From: Nitrososphaeria archaeon | GTDB taxonomy: Archaea > Thermoproteota > Nitrososphaeria > JACIWG01 | Reading direction: 5' to 3' | DNA length: 64,000 nt | Assembly: GCA_963752255.1 (NCBI GenBank) | Contig: CAVVXT010000012.1 | Span: 64,001 to 128,000, forward strand | Shown: one piece after another, positions 63,501-64,000 of the stretch | Numbering within the stretch: position 1 is the stretch's first letter | Layout of the letters: each line of letters starts with the position of its first letter | The notes under the pieces: generated by a model | What the model saw: the letters and a program-made list of their open reading frames with translations, nothing else | Told to the model about the DNA's origin: nothing | Database searches by the model: none | Program-made: the position numbers and the translations under genes

Positions 63501-64000
63501 ATGTCTAAAGAGAAAATAGTGCTAGCTTATTCTGGTGGTTTAGATACTTCCGTGATGATAAGGTGGTTACCAGAAAAGTACGGGTACGATGTCATAACCG
63601 TCATAGTTAACCTGGGTCAAAAAGAAGATTTCAAAACAATTGAAGAAAGAGCATATCAAATCGGTGCAATAAAACACTATACGATCGATGCACAGGACGA
63701 ATTTGTTGACTCATATATCACAACGGCAATAAACGCCAATGGCCTTTATGAAGGGAAATACCCTCTTAGTACGGCTATTGGAAGGCCTCTTATAGTAAAA
63801 AAACTCGTTGAGATTGCAGAAAAAGAGGGGGCAGAAGCTATCGCTCACGGATGCACTGGGAAAGGAAACGATCAGGTTAGGTTTGAAGTTACGGCAAAAG
63901 CGTTGAACTCGTCCCTTAAGATTATTGCACCAGTAAGGGAATGGAATCTGAGCAGGCAGGAGGAAATTGAATACGCTAAAGAACATGGCATAACGATTCA
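63501..64000 (+). CDS. argG: Argininosuccinate synthase (partial, runs off window)
   Basis: Manual translation [17 protein letters not shown]...[14 protein letters not shown]...[15 protein letters not shown]. Confidence 0.95.
   Translation, partial: MSKEKIVLAYSGGLDTSVMIRWLPEKYGYDVITVIVNLGQKEDFKTIEERAYQIGAIKHYTIDAQDEFVDSYITTAINANGLYEGKYPLSTAIGRPLIVKKLVEIAEKEGAEAIAHGCTGKGNDQVRFEVTAKALNSSLKIIAPVREWNLSRQEEIEYAKEHGITI

Noticed and set aside
15-63986. Numerous short ORFs antisense to or overlapping the called genes (e.g. 821-1159, 12839-13681, 47128-47643, 63711-63986)
   Set aside because: They are shadow ORFs of well-supported genes on the opposite strand and have no motifs.

Overview
AT-rich archaeal chromosomal segment, most consistent with an anaerobic Thermoproteota/TACK lineage such as Brockarchaeota- or Bathyarchaeia-like (inferred from gene content only). 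It carries amino-acid biosynthesis genes (homocitrate-synthase-like, archaeal asnA with Lrp/AsnC, lysC-asd, thrC, thrB, argG), envelope glycosylation genes (Dol-P-Man synthase-GtrA, PMT/GT39, GT2, glmS, GlmU-like), an exonuclease-less PolB1-type polymerase, a very large transaldolase-like protein, and a peptide ABC transporter/amidohydrolase operon flanked by URO-D, cupin, LarA-like and glycerate kinase genes. The most notable locus (41.9-48.2 kb) is a complete methanol:corrinoid methyltransferase module (MtaA-like, RACE/RamA activator, MtaB, MtaC) with a thymidylate-synthase-fold gene embedded in it. Many genes are split by single-base indels that look like sequencing errors, and several short, genuinely decayed gene remnants lie in intergenic space. 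No rRNA, tRNA, CRISPR array or transposase was recognised.
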